Assembly (NCBI GenBank): GCA_002269645.1
Contig: NIVC01004343.1
Location: forward strand, 1-49,458
Length of the DNA: 49,458 bases
Direction: 5' to 3'
DNA from: Macrostomum lignano
Lineage: Eukaryota
Notes under the pieces: model-generated
Told to the model about the DNA's origin: nothing
Database searches by the model: none
What the model saw: only the letters and a program-made list of their open reading frames with translations
In this document: piece after piece, positions 48,346 through 49,458 of the stretch
Layout: each line of letters starts with the position of its first letter
Position numbering within the stretch: position 1 is the first letter of the stretch
Position numbers and translations under genes: made by a program

Positions 48346-49458
48346 ATGAGTCATTCGAAATTGACAACAAAAGATCTAATAAGACTCTAGAGGGAAAGCG
48401 TTGACACACAGAGAGCACATTGTTTAAAAAATAAAAGAGTATATTTCATATCATACATAGCGATAATACGAGTTAGTTTTTAAATCAACGTTTGGCAATA
48501 AAAAAGCAGTTAAATGACAAAACTATTTAGCAAGTTGATTAGCTACACCTCGTCATCGATGCCTTAAAGTAAAGTCCAGCAAAGAAATTGAAAACCAAAG
48601 ACGCCACACCACACAAAGCATAAACGGCATAAAAGAACTATTAAATAGCTAGTCATTTTTAAAGTAAATTTAGTTAGTTTAAATTTATTTCAATAGCCAA
48701 CAACTTAATAAAACAATATCTGATATACAAGCAAATATTATGTTTTTTAGATTAAAAAAACCAAAAAAATGCCAACAAAAGCACAAAAAAATTGACATCT
48801 CACAGAAGGTTAATTATCTGATAGTAAAGAAAGCCAAACTAAAATGAAACTGCTATGCTTTATTAATTAAGCCAGATCAACTACACTGCTAGATTTAAAA
48901 TACTAAAATAATTTTTATCACTTATATTTTTAAACCTAAATTATCACATACTGTCCTCCAGACAAAAAGAATAAAATTAAAAAGTCTACCAGACAGTTTG
49001 AACTATCCTGAAGCTTTACTATTCCAATATAATTTAACTTACAAAACAAAATCCAACGAAATTTCAACTGATTAGCAGTCTACCATATGAAGAAATATAA
49101 ACAATTAAGCCTACATTTATATATTTATCAAGCTTTTATCAAGTGCAAACACTTGCGTTTTGGAAGCGCTCTTCAGACGAAAACACAATGAGTTAGCTAG
49201 CAAAGTTGTAACGAAAAACGTTATAAATAATAAAATAAGCACTACAGCTTAATAAAACATAATACTGACATTAAAACTTGATTTTCGCGTTGAATATATA
49301 AGAATTAAAAAAAAAAAGAAATTTATTCTGAGTAAAGAAAGCCAATTTCTGTTAAGCATTAGCATTACCTACTGCATGCTGCAAGGACGAAATACTAAGT
49401 ACTCTAATCAATAGAGTCTTCAAAAAAGATTCACATCACGGACTAATTGACGCAGTTA

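Overview
Animal (non-prokaryotic) genomic DNA with GC-rich exons, AT-rich intergenic DNA, dense private minisatellites and TTAGGG repeats. The style resembles a repeat-rich invertebrate such as a macrostomid flatworm (inference only). Contents in order: (i) the 5' half of a decayed DIRS/Ngaro-type retrotransposon (<1..1458, -); (ii) a 4-exon METTL27/WBSCR27-like methyltransferase (3062..5463, +); (iii) three intronless GT31 (beta-1,3-galactosyltransferase-like) paralogs, A (-), B (-, one frameshift) and C (+), with near-identical catalytic cores but unrelated stems and a hypervariable loop; (iv) a decayed PIF/Harbinger transposon (9661..12910) inserted into one copy of a tandemly duplicated MITE-like unit; (v) an 8-exon ECT2/pebble RhoGEF gene (39657..23634, -) whose seven introns are all phase 0 and each carry a different tandem repeat, including a 6.3-kb 30-bp satellite made of in-frame consensus 5' splice sites; (vi) further MITEs, satellites and an interstitial telomeric tract. 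Exon models were built by hand from GT-AG sites, frame continuity and recalled family motifs. No database search was run.
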